DNA of 64,000 bases from Candidatus Hermodarchaeota archaeon (GCA_048885865.1 JBHLLF010000003.1:96001-160000), one strand, 5' to 3'. Positions 47,952 to 58,209 are shown, counted from the stretch's first letter. A program made the numbers and translations. The notes: generated from the letters alone by a model not told the origin.

Positions 47952-49556
47952 GTGCCAAAGAAACGTGTCGTCTTCGAGCCTTCGGGGCTTCGAATCGCAG
48001 TTGAGGAATCAAACACTGTCTTGGATGCGGCACGAAAACTTGGTCTGCACATCCCATCCGAGTGTGCTGGAAGAGGCACCTGTGGCAAGTGTTTCGTTAC
48101 AATGGAGCCAGCCGCAGAACCATCACAAGAAGACATGAAACACATTTCAGAAGTAGACATCGCGCGGGGGGTTCGGCTAGCCTGTGAACATAGGATAAAG
48201 GCCGACACCAGAGTCGTTATTCCACATGCGTCAAAAGCCAAGATACTCATAGATGGGATTACGAGCTCTATGGATTGGGATATTGACGATGGTCTTGCTG
48301 GTCAGATGGGCATAGCTATTGACTTGGGAACCACAACAATTGTTGCATACTTGATGAGTATGGAGAATGGAATTCAATTTGGACAAACGGCATCGCTCAA
48401 TCCACAGGTCATCTATGGTGAGGACGTTATGTCCCGCATATCTTATGCTAGTCTTGAAGAAGGTGGTGCGAAGATCCTCAGGGACATTGTCCTGCGTAGG
48501 CTTGATGAACTCATTATTGAGTTGACATCATCAACTGATATTGACATTGAAACTGTCACTAGACTGTCTATTGTTGGCAATCCTGCAATGCATCACCTAT
48601 TGCTAGGATTGGACACCACCTCCCTGGGAAGGTCCCCCTTTGAGCCAGTAGTACGTGATGCTCTTAATACCAACGGAGACGTATTGGGAATCAAGTCTAA
48701 TTCCAAGGTCAGTGTATATATTGCTCCGAATATTGCAGGATTTGTAGGGGGAGATACTGCTGGGTTCATTCTGTCACAACGATTGGATGCCACTGATGAA
48801 ATTGTACTGGGGATTGACATTGGAACAAATGGCGAGATCGTTCTCTCTGTTCGAGGACAATTATTCTGCTGCTCTACTGCAGCGGGATCTGCCTTTGAAG
48901 GTGCTACGATTAAACATGGTATGAGAGGGCAAGAGGGAGCAATAGAGCACCTGTCAATAGCGAATCCAGAGGAGAAACCTAAGATTTACGTCATCGGAGA
49001 TGTATTGCCTAAGGGCTTATGTGGTTCAGCTATTGTAGATGCCACAGCCCAGCTACTAAAGTCCGGCATTGTTGAGCCTGGAGGCCTGATGCTAGATTCA
49101 ACCAGAGTGATTCATACAGATGAGGGGAAAGCCTACATCATCGTCGATTCAGGGGAGAGCAACTCAGAAAGGCGTGTAGTTTTCACACAGACAGACGTTA
49201 GACAGGTGCAACTGGCAAAGGGGGCGATTCTTGCTGGAGCAAGCATCTTGATGGAGTCTGCGGGGATAGCGATATCGGACATCGATAAGCTGTTGCTAGC
49301 GGGTGCATTTGGGAACTACATCGATCCATTGAATGCACTTAGTATCGGACTTCTGCCTCCAATTGACATGGACAAGGTGATTCCAGTCGGCAATGCAGCT
49401 GGAGAAGGTGCTAAGAGAATGTTATTATCTACTAGAGAGAGGACGCTGATTGAAGAGATTGTCAAGAAGATAAACTACCTTGAGCTAGCTAGATATGAAA
49501 ACTTCGACAAGATTTTCGCCCGGGCGACTACACTTCAGGCAAGGATGCCTCTATAA
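47952..49556 (+). CDS. Reductive activator of corrinoid proteins (RACo/RamA-like; 2Fe-2S plus ASKHA)
   Basis: CAGRGTCGKC...RLAC, DLGTTT, GEDVMSR, FVGGD, DIGTNGE, LAGAFG, GNAA. Confidence 0.92.
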   Translation: MPKKRVVFEPSGLRIAVEESNTVLDAARKLGLHIPSECAGRGTCGKCFVTMEPAAEPSQEDMKHISEVDIARGVRLACEHRIKADTRVVIPHASKAKILIDGITSSMDWDIDDGLAGQMGIAIDLGTTTIVAYLMSMENGIQFGQTASLNPQVIYGEDVMSRISYASLEEGGAKILRDIVLRRLDELIIELTSSTDIDIETVTRLSIVGNPAMHHLLLGLDTTSLGRSPFEPVVRDALNTNGDVLGIKSNSKVSVYIAPNIAGFVGGDTAGFILSQRLDATDEIVLGIDIGTNGEIVLSVRGQLFCCSTAAGSAFEGATIKHGMRGQEGAIEHLSIANPEEKPKIYVIGDVLPKGLCGSAIVDATAQLLKSGIVEPGGLMLDSTRVIHTDEGKAYIIVDSGESNSERRVVFTQTDVRQVQLAKGAILAGASILMESAGIAISDIDKLLLAGAFGNYIDPLNALSIGLLPPIDMDKVIPVGNAAGEGAKRMLLSTRERTLIEEIVKKINYLELARYENFDKIFARATTLQARMPL

Positions 49557-49684
49557 TGCCGTTGGCATAATGAAACATATATGGCAGGCTGTATGAGAAC
49601 TTCATTGAGCGTGTAATGAATAACTCAAGCACCTAGAAGAATGCAGAGGTCGGCGGGCGATCGAATAGGAATGGTGCAAGGTCT

Positions 49685-50308
49685 ATGAATGAACTCACAG
49701 AAGCCTTGGCTGAGCTAGAAGAGAATACTGTCCAAGAAATGGTTGAGAAACAGATTGCTGAGGGTAGAAACCCACTCAAAATCCTCGAAGACCTAAAGCA
49801 GGGAATGGATATAGTGGGTAAACGATTCTCAGAAAACGAGTACTTTTTGGTTGAGCTTGTAGTGTCTGCAGAGATCTTCAACAAAGCATTGGAGGTTCTT
49901 GAGCCAAAACTCTTGGAAACCCAATCAGGAGAGGAGAAGGGCAAGGTCGTGATTGGAACAGTCAAGGGAGACATCCACTATATAGGCAAGAACCTTGTTG
50001 TTGCATTTCTCAAGTCTAACGGATTTGAGGTCTATGACTTGGGTGAGGATGTAGCGCCAGAGAAGTTCATTGACAAGCTAAAGGAAACAGGAGCCACAAT
50101 CTTAGCTTTGAGCGGACTTATCACAACCACGCATGATGTAATGCGAGAAACTGTCGATGCTTTGAAGGCAGCTGGCATTCGTGACAAGGTCAGTGTCATG
50201 ATAGGAGGATGTGATGTCAATCAGGAAGTCGTAGATCACACCGGTGCAGATGCATTTGGAAGGGACGCAGTCAGTGCAGTGGAAGTGGCTAAGAAGCTCC
50301 TGATTTAG
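49685..50308 (+). CDS. Methyltransferase corrinoid protein (MtaC/MttC-like)
   Basis: Cap domain plus GDIHYIGKN (DxHxxG), SGL, MIGG. Confidence 0.92.
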   Translation: MNELTEALAELEENTVQEMVEKQIAEGRNPLKILEDLKQGMDIVGKRFSENEYFLVELVVSAEIFNKALEVLEPKLLETQSGEEKGKVVIGTVKGDIHYIGKNLVVAFLKSNGFEVYDLGEDVAPEKFIDKLKETGATILALSGLITTTHDVMRETVDALKAAGIRDKVSVMIGGCDVNQEVVDHTGADAFGRDAVSAVEVAKKLLI

Positions 50309-50359
50309 CTTTCATCCATTGAAGGCGAAACGGCCAAATGCCAGTTCTACCTGATTGTA

Positions 50360-51244
50360 GTGATTCGATTGTCTGGAGAAGAACTTGCAGGACCGTTGGA
50401 TATCAACTACATCAGAACTTGCGATTGTCCACCAAATCATATCAATTGCCTGACTGCAAAGGAGTGGATGCAGCATCAGATTGCTGTCTGGGAATTTTTC
50501 TACGAGAAACGCGACATCAGGGATAAGAAAATCCACCCTGCAGTCTTCCCCATCGCACTTCCAAAGAAATGCATTGAACTCTTTACGCACCAAGGAGAAC
50601 TGGTCATTGATCCATTTGTGGGGAGTGGTACCACACTTGTGGCCGCAAAGGACACCAATAGAAATGCAGTTGGTTTTGATTTGAAGCAGGAATATGTTGA
50701 TCTTTCTAACGAACGGGTGAAGCCTCAGGAGAAGAACAATGGTACGCAGCTAGCAATTTGTGTTGAAGCGCATAATGTAAAGGACTATCTGAATGATGAA
50801 ACAGTATCTCTGTGCATCACGTCTCCTCCTTATGCGAACTTGCTGAATAGAAAGAGACGAAACAAGAGCGTGCGGGGAAACCTGAGAAAAGACGAACATT
50901 ATCTCGAGGTACAGCAATACTCTGATGATCCTAGAGACCTCGGAACTATGGATGTGAGGAAATACGCAGAAACAATTGGGACCATCTTCGAAGGAATTCT
51001 CCCCAAAATGCGCCGTAGAGGACATTGTGTAATCAATATCACTGATTATTGGTGGAAGAGTCAGAGAGTACCTGCGCATGTCTATGTCATCGACGCGCTA
51101 CAAGATGTAGGATTTGAACTCAGGAATACGATAATCTGGGATCGAAGGAACATTGTGAACAAGGCGGGGATTTTCGGATGGCCAAGCAACTATATCACTC
51201 TCTCGACAACATTTGAGTACCTACTGCATTTCTGGAAACCGTAG
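50360..51244 (+). CDS. Orphan amino-DNA methyltransferase (N4-C/N6-A)
   Basis: HPAVFP, DPFVGSGTT (motif I) precedes TSPPY (motif IV). Confidence 0.85.
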   Translation: MIRLSGEELAGPLDINYIRTCDCPPNHINCLTAKEWMQHQIAVWEFFYEKRDIRDKKIHPAVFPIALPKKCIELFTHQGELVIDPFVGSGTTLVAAKDTNRNAVGFDLKQEYVDLSNERVKPQEKNNGTQLAICVEAHNVKDYLNDETVSLCITSPPYANLLNRKRRNKSVRGNLRKDEHYLEVQQYSDDPRDLGTMDVRKYAETIGTIFEGILPKMRRRGHCVINITDYWWKSQRVPAHVYVIDALQDVGFELRNTIIWDRRNIVNKAGIFGWPSNYITLSTTFEYLLHFWKP

Positions 51245-51253
51245 CATCACTCT

Positions 51254-52333
51254 TCATATTCCGAGTGCTGAGAAGACCAAATCCTGAACTTTCTGAGTGT
51301 TTTCTTTGACCACAGCCCAGATTTCATCATCATCCTCAAAGGGTGGCGTTTGTGTGGGAGGATTAAAGACAGCTCCGGTGAGGACAGACATCACTACTCC
51401 TGCTCCATATCGAAAGACTTCACGATTGTACCCACCGCCTGATATGACACTTAGACGACCGCTTGCCCATCTATGGGCGGCAGCATGGATTTCTTCCGTT
51501 ACATAGCGAATTGTGTTCATTGTCAGATTCAAATGAGTCATAGGATCATCATAGTGTGCATCAAATCCAGGAAGGAAGAGAATGAAATCAGGTTGGTAGA
51601 AATTGAAGAGAGGTGGCACGATTCTATCGAACGCATATCGATATACTTCGTCTCCTGAGTCCATAGGAAAATGCATGTTGATGTTGTAGCCAAGGCCCTC
51701 GCCCTCTCCTATATCCTCGATGAAACCATCATGTGGGTATATCCACTCAGGATCTTCATGGAACGAAATCTGCATGACTCCAGAATCATCATAGAAATAA
51801 GCCTGAGTTCCGTTTCCATGGTGAACATCGAAGTCTGCTATCAGAATGCGTTCATATCCCAGGTCTTTAAGACGGTACACGGAGGCTGCAACATCATTGA
51901 ATATGCAGAATCCGCCACCAGTTTCGTAGCGAGCATGATGAAATCCTCCCGTTGGAGAATAGGTGTGACAAACCTTCTTCGAATGGATAGCCTCAACTCC
52001 AGTCACAGTTGCACCACTCGTAATCCTGGCATTATTGTATATTCCCTTAAACCCCGGAGTGTCGATGTCAATCTCACCTTTTCCAGTTTCTGATATCTTT
52101 CTGACCTTTTCCAAATACTCCTGAGAGTGGATTCGACTTAGAAGCGACCTTGCCAAAGGCTTCGGTTTAATTATCTTCACGTTGGGATGTTCAAGGAATC
52201 GAGTTTCTTGAAGGAAATCCCTGACCATTTGAAAACGGCCAACACGAATGGGGTGTTTTGAGCCAAAGTCAAAAGTTTCGAGTTCTGGACTCCATAGGAA
52301 CCCTGCTTTACATTTGTGAATGGAAGGACTCAT
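51254..52333 (-). CDS. Histone deacetylase/AcuC-family deacetylase
   Basis: HP, GGFHHA, GFCIFND, DFDVHHGNGTQ, GFDAH..DP, GGGY. Confidence 0.92.
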   Translation of the reverse strand: MSPSIHKCKAGFLWSPELETFDFGSKHPIRVGRFQMVRDFLQETRFLEHPNVKIIKPKPLARSLLSRIHSQEYLEKVRKISETGKGEIDIDTPGFKGIYNNARITSGATVTGVEAIHSKKVCHTYSPTGGFHHARYETGGGFCIFNDVAASVYRLKDLGYERILIADFDVHHGNGTQAYFYDDSGVMQISFHEDPEWIYPHDGFIEDIGEGEGLGYNINMHFPMDSGDEVYRYAFDRIVPPLFNFYQPDFILFLPGFDAHYDDPMTHLNLTMNTIRYVTEEIHAAAHRWASGRLSVISGGGYNREVFRYGAGVVMSVLTGAVFNPPTQTPPFEDDDEIWAVVKENTQKVQDLVFSALGI

Positions 52334-53839
52334 TATGGAGTTGTTTTCTGCGCATCCTTATATGCTTACATGAGCAGAACTCCACAAGGTGCTTGTTGGA
52401 CTGTGCGATTCCAGGAAACTTCAGTTGTTTCTCTTCCCGCCAATGTTTACAGTCTCTACGTGAGGCAGCAGAGGGACGCGAGGGCGCAGGTCTTCTCACT
52501 CGACTATGGAGAAAGGCTACGGATTTTTGACACCATGGGATCTCAAAAGTCATCGAGGGGCTACAGTAGCAAAGTTCGATGCATAGCAGTAGGAGATGTT
52601 GAAAGCAGTGGAGAAGATGCTCTTATTGGAGGAGCAGGCAAAAGACTCCTAGTTGTGAATCAAAAAGGCAGAGTACTATGGAAGAACGACCTTGAGAGTA
52701 CAGTCATTGCATGTGATGCACGAGATGTTGACGGAGATGATGCCGCGGAAGTTGTCGCCGCCCTACAGAATAAGAGAGTCATTCTGTGGAACCATGAACA
52801 GACTGCCCTATTCAGTCGTACCGTGGACGAGGCAGTATCCGATGTCTGGTTGGAAGATATAACGAACGATTCAGAACTCGAAGTAGTCATTGCACAGCGG
52901 AAAGGTACCGTGTTGATTCTATCTGCAGCTGGTTACGAGCTGAAGCGGCTAAACCTTGGCAACGTAATCACGGTATTTGGGGTACTGACTTTCGGAAAGA
53001 GGAAACTGTTTGTCACAGGAGATCATTCACCTCAGTTACAGGTCTGGGACATTGAGGGGAATCCGGTTACATCATTAATGCTTCCAGCTCCGCCCAAGGC
53101 TTTGGCTACGGGAATACCTGATGATGTTTCTGATGTCGCATATTTGGTTGCAAGTACGCGCGACAGGAAGCTCCTCTTCTGGGAGGCCCAAGACACTGTC
53201 AAAGTGAAGAAGTCAGAGAAAACGACTCTTCAAGAGATAGGATCAACGAAGATGACTTTATATCGTCGAGCAATCAAGTGCGGCAATTGTGGAGCATCCA
53301 CGTCCCCGGAGGCTCTTGAATGTACATCATGCGGAGCTAAGCTTGAGATGTTGGATGAGTATAAAATCGAGGAATATATGCAGGACAGCATAGAATCGAT
53401 CACATCGAAACATAGTAGAATTCAGCTGAAGGAATTGGATAGGATTCTCAGAAAGACCCTTCCGAGACCGGCTGCATATAACTTGAGAAGAAGTATTCAG
53501 ACGATGATTGAGAAAGGGATACTTGATGGGCATTTCAACAAAGACGTTTTTGTACGGACAATAGAAAAGGAAGATAGAAGGCCACTAAAGGCTTCAAGGG
53601 CTCAGGCGCAAGCTGCGGTCAAGATGACAAAGGACCTTCTTGACAAGAATGAGAGCTTCGATATTGCAGATGTGGAAAAGGAAACTGGAGTGCCCCAGAA
53701 TATTCTTCGAAGAACACTGATCATACTCCTTGGAGAAGGATTGATTGAAGGCATCATAGAAGGTAATGCATTCGTTCTGGCCAAGGAGCAGGACATTAGG
53801 AAATTCTTGAATATACTACAGAAAGAATTAGAGGCGTAA
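52316..53839 (+). CDS. Beta-propeller + zinc ribbon + tandem winged-helix-like protein
   Basis: FG-GAP-like repeats (GDVESSG, DVDGDDAAE, DITNDSELE), CGNCG...CTSCG, two WH/PCI-like segments (MIEKGILDGHF; LLGEGLIEGII); true start probably 52370 or 52403. Confidence 0.72.
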   Translation: MNGRTHYGVVFCASLYAYMSRTPQGACWTVRFQETSVVSLPANVYSLYVRQQRDARAQVFSLDYGERLRIFDTMGSQKSSRGYSSKVRCIAVGDVESSGEDALIGGAGKRLLVVNQKGRVLWKNDLESTVIACDARDVDGDDAAEVVAALQNKRVILWNHEQTALFSRTVDEAVSDVWLEDITNDSELEVVIAQRKGTVLILSAAGYELKRLNLGNVITVFGVLTFGKRKLFVTGDHSPQLQVWDIEGNPVTSLMLPAPPKALATGIPDDVSDVAYLVASTRDRKLLFWEAQDTVKVKKSEKTTLQEIGSTKMTLYRRAIKCGNCGASTSPEALECTSCGAKLEMLDEYKIEEYMQDSIESITSKHSRIQLKELDRILRKTLPRPAAYNLRRSIQTMIEKGILDGHFNKDVFVRTIEKEDRRPLKASRAQAQAAVKMTKDLLDKNESFDIADVEKETGVPQNILRRTLIILLGEGLIEGIIEGNAFVLAKEQDIRKFLNILQKELEA

Positions 53840-53885
53840 ATCAGAAAATGGAATCAAATAACTACAGACGAGAGGAGGCAGTGCA

Positions 53886-56735
53886 ATGGATATCAGCAAA
53901 CGAATAGTGGTGACCTTTGTAGTCGTGTCACTGGTGCCAATTCTGATTATAGCGGCACTCTCTGCAAATAGTGTTTTTACAACATCAAACGAGAATGCTG
54001 CTGATGCCGCAGAAGCGCTTAGGACTGAGGAACTTGCCAATCTTCTGAGGATTTCGGAAGACACTGCGTCCTTCATTTCGGAGAGAATGCAGCAATACTT
54101 CGATGGCGTCTACATGATGGAGAAGTATGCTGAAGACCTATTCAATGAGAGAATTAATGCGACACCCCAATACTCGTACTTCTGGGATCCATCCTTGGAA
54201 TGGTTTCACAGTGGAAGGGATATACCCGGGAGAAATCCAGCCACATATGACGAGGCGTATGATTCGAATGACATCTCTTTCGATGTCAGCTGCTGGTACA
54301 TGCCAACTGATGATTACCAAACTCCAAATGATCCTTGGGACTGGAGTCCTACCACTCGAAATCTCATAGAGATCTCTAGCAACATGGACAATGTCTATCG
54401 CTCGCTGCATCAGGCCAGTGAGGACTATATATGGCTATACATGGGCTTCTCTCCGGATATTAGCGATACACGCCTTTTCAGGAACTATCCCTACGACAAT
54501 CTCTTCTACTTCGAGGACTGGTACGGTCCGGGTCTGGATTATGATCCAACTATAGAAGAGTGGTACCTTAACGCAGCTGCCGTACTAGATGACAGCATCG
54601 CGTTTACAAGTCCCTATGGAGACCCCTCCACTGGTCTAGTCATTTCAATGGGACGCCCCATTCACTTTGACAATGGAACGCTAATCGGGGTCGTATCGGC
54701 TGACGTGACCCTTGACACGATCATGGCGAATGTGCTTGGCATAGAAGTCTTAGAGAGCGGCTATGCCTATCTTTTGGAATCAGATGGAGGACTCATAGCA
54801 CATCCGGACTTGGTTGCAGAGGGGCAGACCCTAAATGAAGCTGAGTTCTCTGGAGCTAGCTCGACGGAGATTGCAGCATTCACATCGCTTCTGCCTACAA
54901 TTCTATCTGAAGAGAGTGGACAGGATACATTCCAGAAACGAGGTGAGGAATGGTATATCACCTACTCGAAGGTCAATGTGACAGGCTTTGTGCTTGCCAT
55001 CGTTGTTCCCTCAGCAGAAGTGATAGGACCTGCTACGAATATTCTGAATCTCGTCCTTGGCCAGACCTTTTTGCTTACCATAATCCTAGGCGCAATGCTG
55101 GCTGGCGTGGCTGTAGGAGTTGCTTTCATTTCTTACAGGAGAGGAAACGCTGTAGTGGAGCCCATAAAGGAGATGACACGTCTAGTGACGAAGATGGCAA
55201 GCCAGGACTTTACTCGCGGTGTTTCAACTGCAGGAGCAATGTATGAAGAGGTTGGTACCACCGTTGATGCACTGCTGAACTTCCAAGAAGCAATCAGATT
55301 CGGAAATCAAGCCTTCATTCGGGGTGACCTGAACCGAGCCCTGGCGAACTATCAAAATTTGCTCGAAATTAGTCGCAGCCTCAATATTGAGATTGGCGAG
55401 CAAACAATGTATCTGAACATTGGAAATGTGTTCCGTCAGCGTGGAGATACAGGTAACGCGATGGATTACTATGAACAGGCATTAGCACTGGCAAAGATGC
55501 TCCTTGAAAGAGCCCGGCAAGAGGATGCAGAAGAAACTGATGCCTTGGTTAGAGTCGCTTCAGTCTATCACAACATGGCACTCGTCGAGATGGACAAGAA
55601 CAATCCCAAAAAGGCGATGGAGCTGCTAGAGGATGCTGTAGCGATTGACCTTACTCTAGGCAACCAGAGAGGCCTTGCAAAACGCTTCGATGCGCAAGGA
55701 CTTGTCTTGGTAAGGGAAGGCAGATACAGCCAGGCCCTTTCAAAGTTTGAAGAAGCACTTAGAACTGCTGCTGCTGAAGGCTATGAAAGAAGCATGGCAT
55801 ACATTCACTATCACATGGGCGAGCTCTTCCAGGTTCAAGGAAAACTGAAGAAGGCCGAAGATGAATACAATGACGCAATTCGTCTTGGAGAAATAACTGA
55901 GGAGTTCTGGCTGGTCGTCTATGCTATGCAGAATCTGGCTGATGTCTTGGATCAGCGGGATAAGCCGAGTCACGAGATCAGGCGCAAGGCTGAGAGATTG
56001 AAACGTTCAATCATGTTCAAGAAGAGCGTTATTCTCGTTATCGACTACTCGGGGAGCATGCAAGCTCAGAACAGGATCAGAGCTGCAGTTCAGGGTGCGA
56101 AGGAGATTGTAGAAACTCAAGTCAATCCACAGGATGAGGTGAGTATCATAGTCTTCAACTCATCATTTAGAGAGATTCTCCGACTTACTAGGAAGGGAGA
56201 ATATGAACGCCCCAGAGATAGCCCGATCATTCGTGCCCTAGACTCTCTCAGGCACCCTAATTATGCAACAGCATTCTACGATGCTCTAGGTAGGGCTCTT
56301 GAGGAACTTGATAGGATTGAGTCAAGCGAGCACAGATGGGTAATAGCCCTGACAGATGGCCAAGACAATAGCTCTGAGAAGTACTCACTTGATGCATTGG
56401 AAGGGATCTTCACTGAGGAAGATAGACATCGAAGAAAGAGACCTCTGACCATTGAGGGATTCATCAGGGATAACCATCTCGATGTCAACTTAATTATAAT
56501 TGGCGTAGGTGATGAGCTGAAGGCACCAATTGAAGCCAAGGTGAGGTCACCGATCACAGGGCGAAGAATGACCTTTGAAGAATTACTTGATTCAGTGTGT
56601 GACCACATCCCTCAGGGACAATATCTCTCGGTAGTTGACAGCATAGATGTGAGAAGTGACATTGAGAAAGCCTTCCAGGAGGTTGGAGTGATGATGGCTC
56701 AACTGGAAGTAGGAGGAAGTACAGTAGATTTCTAG
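53886..56735 (+). CDS. Membrane sensor: TM-dCache-TM-HAMP-TPR repeats-vWA
   Basis: N-terminal TM; YDPTIEEWY/FTSPYGD/GVVSADV Cache motifs; second TM; HAMP; TPRs (YLNIGNVFRQRGD); vWA MIDAS DYSGSM...TAFYDA...LTDGQD. Confidence 0.85.
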   Translation: MDISKRIVVTFVVVSLVPILIIAALSANSVFTTSNENAADAAEALRTEELANLLRISEDTASFISERMQQYFDGVYMMEKYAEDLFNERINATPQYSYFWDPSLEWFHSGRDIPGRNPATYDEAYDSNDISFDVSCWYMPTDDYQTPNDPWDWSPTTRNLIEISSNMDNVYRSLHQASEDYIWLYMGFSPDISDTRLFRNYPYDNLFYFEDWYGPGLDYDPTIEEWYLNAAAVLDDSIAFTSPYGDPSTGLVISMGRPIHFDNGTLIGVVSADVTLDTIMANVLGIEVLESGYAYLLESDGGLIAHPDLVAEGQTLNEAEFSGASSTEIAAFTSLLPTILSEESGQDTFQKRGEEWYITYSKVNVTGFVLAIVVPSAEVIGPATNILNLVLGQTFLLTIILGAMLAGVAVGVAFISYRRGNAVVEPIKEMTRLVTKMASQDFTRGVSTAGAMYEEVGTTVDALLNFQEAIRFGNQAFIRGDLNRALANYQNLLEISRSLNIEIGEQTMYLNIGNVFRQRGDTGNAMDYYEQALALAKMLLERARQEDAEETDALVRVASVYHNMALVEMDKNNPKKAMELLEDAVAIDLTLGNQRGLAKRFDAQGLVLVREGRYSQALSKFEEALRTAAAEGYERSMAYIHYHMGELFQVQGKLKKAEDEYNDAIRLGEITEEFWLVVYAMQNLADVLDQRDKPSHEIRRKAERLKRSIMFKKSVILVIDYSGSMQAQNRIRAAVQGAKEIVETQVNPQDEVSIIVFNSSFREILRLTRKGEYERPRDSPIIRALDSLRHPNYATAFYDALGRALEELDRIESSEHRWVIALTDGQDNSSEKYSLDALEGIFTEEDRHRRKRPLTIEGFIRDNHLDVNLIIIGVGDELKAPIEAKVRSPITGRRMTFEELLDSVCDHIPQGQYLSVVDSIDVRSDIEKAFQEVGVMMAQLEVGGSTVDF

Positions 56736-56742
56736 GAGGTGA

Positions 56743-58191
56743 ATGAAGTTGTCAAAGATGGCAAGAACCAAGAAGAAAGGCAGTTTCCGCAGGAATGTCA
56801 TACTAACATTCGTCACAATTTCGATCATTTCTCTAGGAGTCACTGGAGGAATCTCATACTTCTTTGTAAATTTGATTGGAGACTTCACCACTACCGAGAG
56901 CACAAATGCTCTCGAATCACAGATTCAGACCAACATGGATCTTACCGGTGAGAAGACAGCACTCGTCATTAATCAGAAACTATCAAATGCGGAGTCTATG
57001 ATTGCGGCACTAGCCGAGGAAGCAGAGAAGCTTCTAAGTGATGAATCAACATACATACCTCGAAGAACATACTACGACTACTATTTCGAATATGGATCTC
57101 CAGGAGAGTATCCAGCTGATACAGCCTATGATCCCAATTATGAACTTAATGTGTCATGGACATTTAGCAGCTGGTATGTCCCGCCCTCAACAGTTGCTGA
57201 TTATCAGCTGTATGAGGACGAGAGGCTCGCAAGGATTTCAAACATCGACCAAATGTTTCAATCAGTCCATGAACAGCTTGACTTCAGGTGGCTGTACGTT
57301 GTTTTCAAAGATACTAACATGTTCATCAACTATCCAGGAAGCTTGCTACCCATCGAGAATCGACTAATTGATCCATGGTATCCAACAACAGACTTCTTCT
57401 ACACAGAGGTTGAGGACGGTGATGGTGATATGGTCTTTGTAGAACCATATTTCGACCCGCTTGAAGGAGTTCTCCTTGTGACCATTGGTCGAGCGATTTA
57501 CTTCGAGAATGGCACTCTCATTGGTATTGTTGCTGGAGATATTACAATAGCAGATATCAATCAGGAAGTTCTTGATGTTACTGTTCTAACATCAGGTTAT
57601 GCCGCTCTTGTAGAGAGCAGTCTTGGACTGGTAGTTGCACATCCAGAGGTTCCAGACGAAGCGTACGAAACAGGATTGCCTGCTCTTACATTCGTTGAAC
57701 GTAATACTGATGGAAGTCCAGCATTATCATCCCAAGATGTAGACCAGATACGTTCAGGCGCAACCGGATTCCTAAGATACACTCGGGATGGTGAAGACTT
57801 CATCCTAGTTTACACTCCAGTTGGCAAGGCAAATTGGATTTGCATCATAGTCGTACCGGTTGATGAAGTATTGAATGCAATTCCTGAATTAGAGGCACGT
57901 ATCGAGGCTGCAAACACTCAAGCAACATTATTCATCCTAGCGATAACAGTAGCAGGAATCATGATAGCCGCAGCTGTTGCTGTTGTGATATCAAACCAAA
58001 TCACGGGACCTCTCCAATACATGATGGACCTCGCAACAAAGAATGTCGCAGCTATGATTAAACAAGAACCGCTCGATACCCTTGACCTGCAGGTGGACAA
58101 GACATATACTTCAAAGGATGACGAAATAGGAGAGCTAGCACGAGCATTCCAGGGAATGCTGGATTCAATTAAGGATGATGAGTCACAGTAG
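56743..58191 (+). CDS. Membrane sensor: TM-dCache-TM-HAMP, no output domain
   Basis: Paralogous Cache region (WLYV, INYP, FVEPYFD, GIVAGDI, SGYA); ends after HAMP DEIGELARAFQGML. Confidence 0.85.
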   Translation: MKLSKMARTKKKGSFRRNVILTFVTISIISLGVTGGISYFFVNLIGDFTTTESTNALESQIQTNMDLTGEKTALVINQKLSNAESMIAALAEEAEKLLSDESTYIPRRTYYDYYFEYGSPGEYPADTAYDPNYELNVSWTFSSWYVPPSTVADYQLYEDERLARISNIDQMFQSVHEQLDFRWLYVVFKDTNMFINYPGSLLPIENRLIDPWYPTTDFFYTEVEDGDGDMVFVEPYFDPLEGVLLVTIGRAIYFENGTLIGIVAGDITIADINQEVLDVTVLTSGYAALVESSLGLVVAHPEVPDEAYETGLPALTFVERNTDGSPALSSQDVDQIRSGATGFLRYTRDGEDFILVYTPVGKANWICIIVVPVDEVLNAIPELEARIEAANTQATLFILAITVAGIMIAAAVAVVISNQITGPLQYMMDLATKNVAAMIKQEPLDTLDLQVDKTYTSKDDEIGELARAFQGMLDSIKDDESQ

Positions 58192-58209
58192 CTATATGAG
58201 GTGTGAATT

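Noticed and set aside
39791-51244. Mrr-like nuclease and DNA methyltransferase as a restriction-modification pair
   Set aside because: About 10 kb apart, separated by housekeeping and metabolic genes; no defence-island context.
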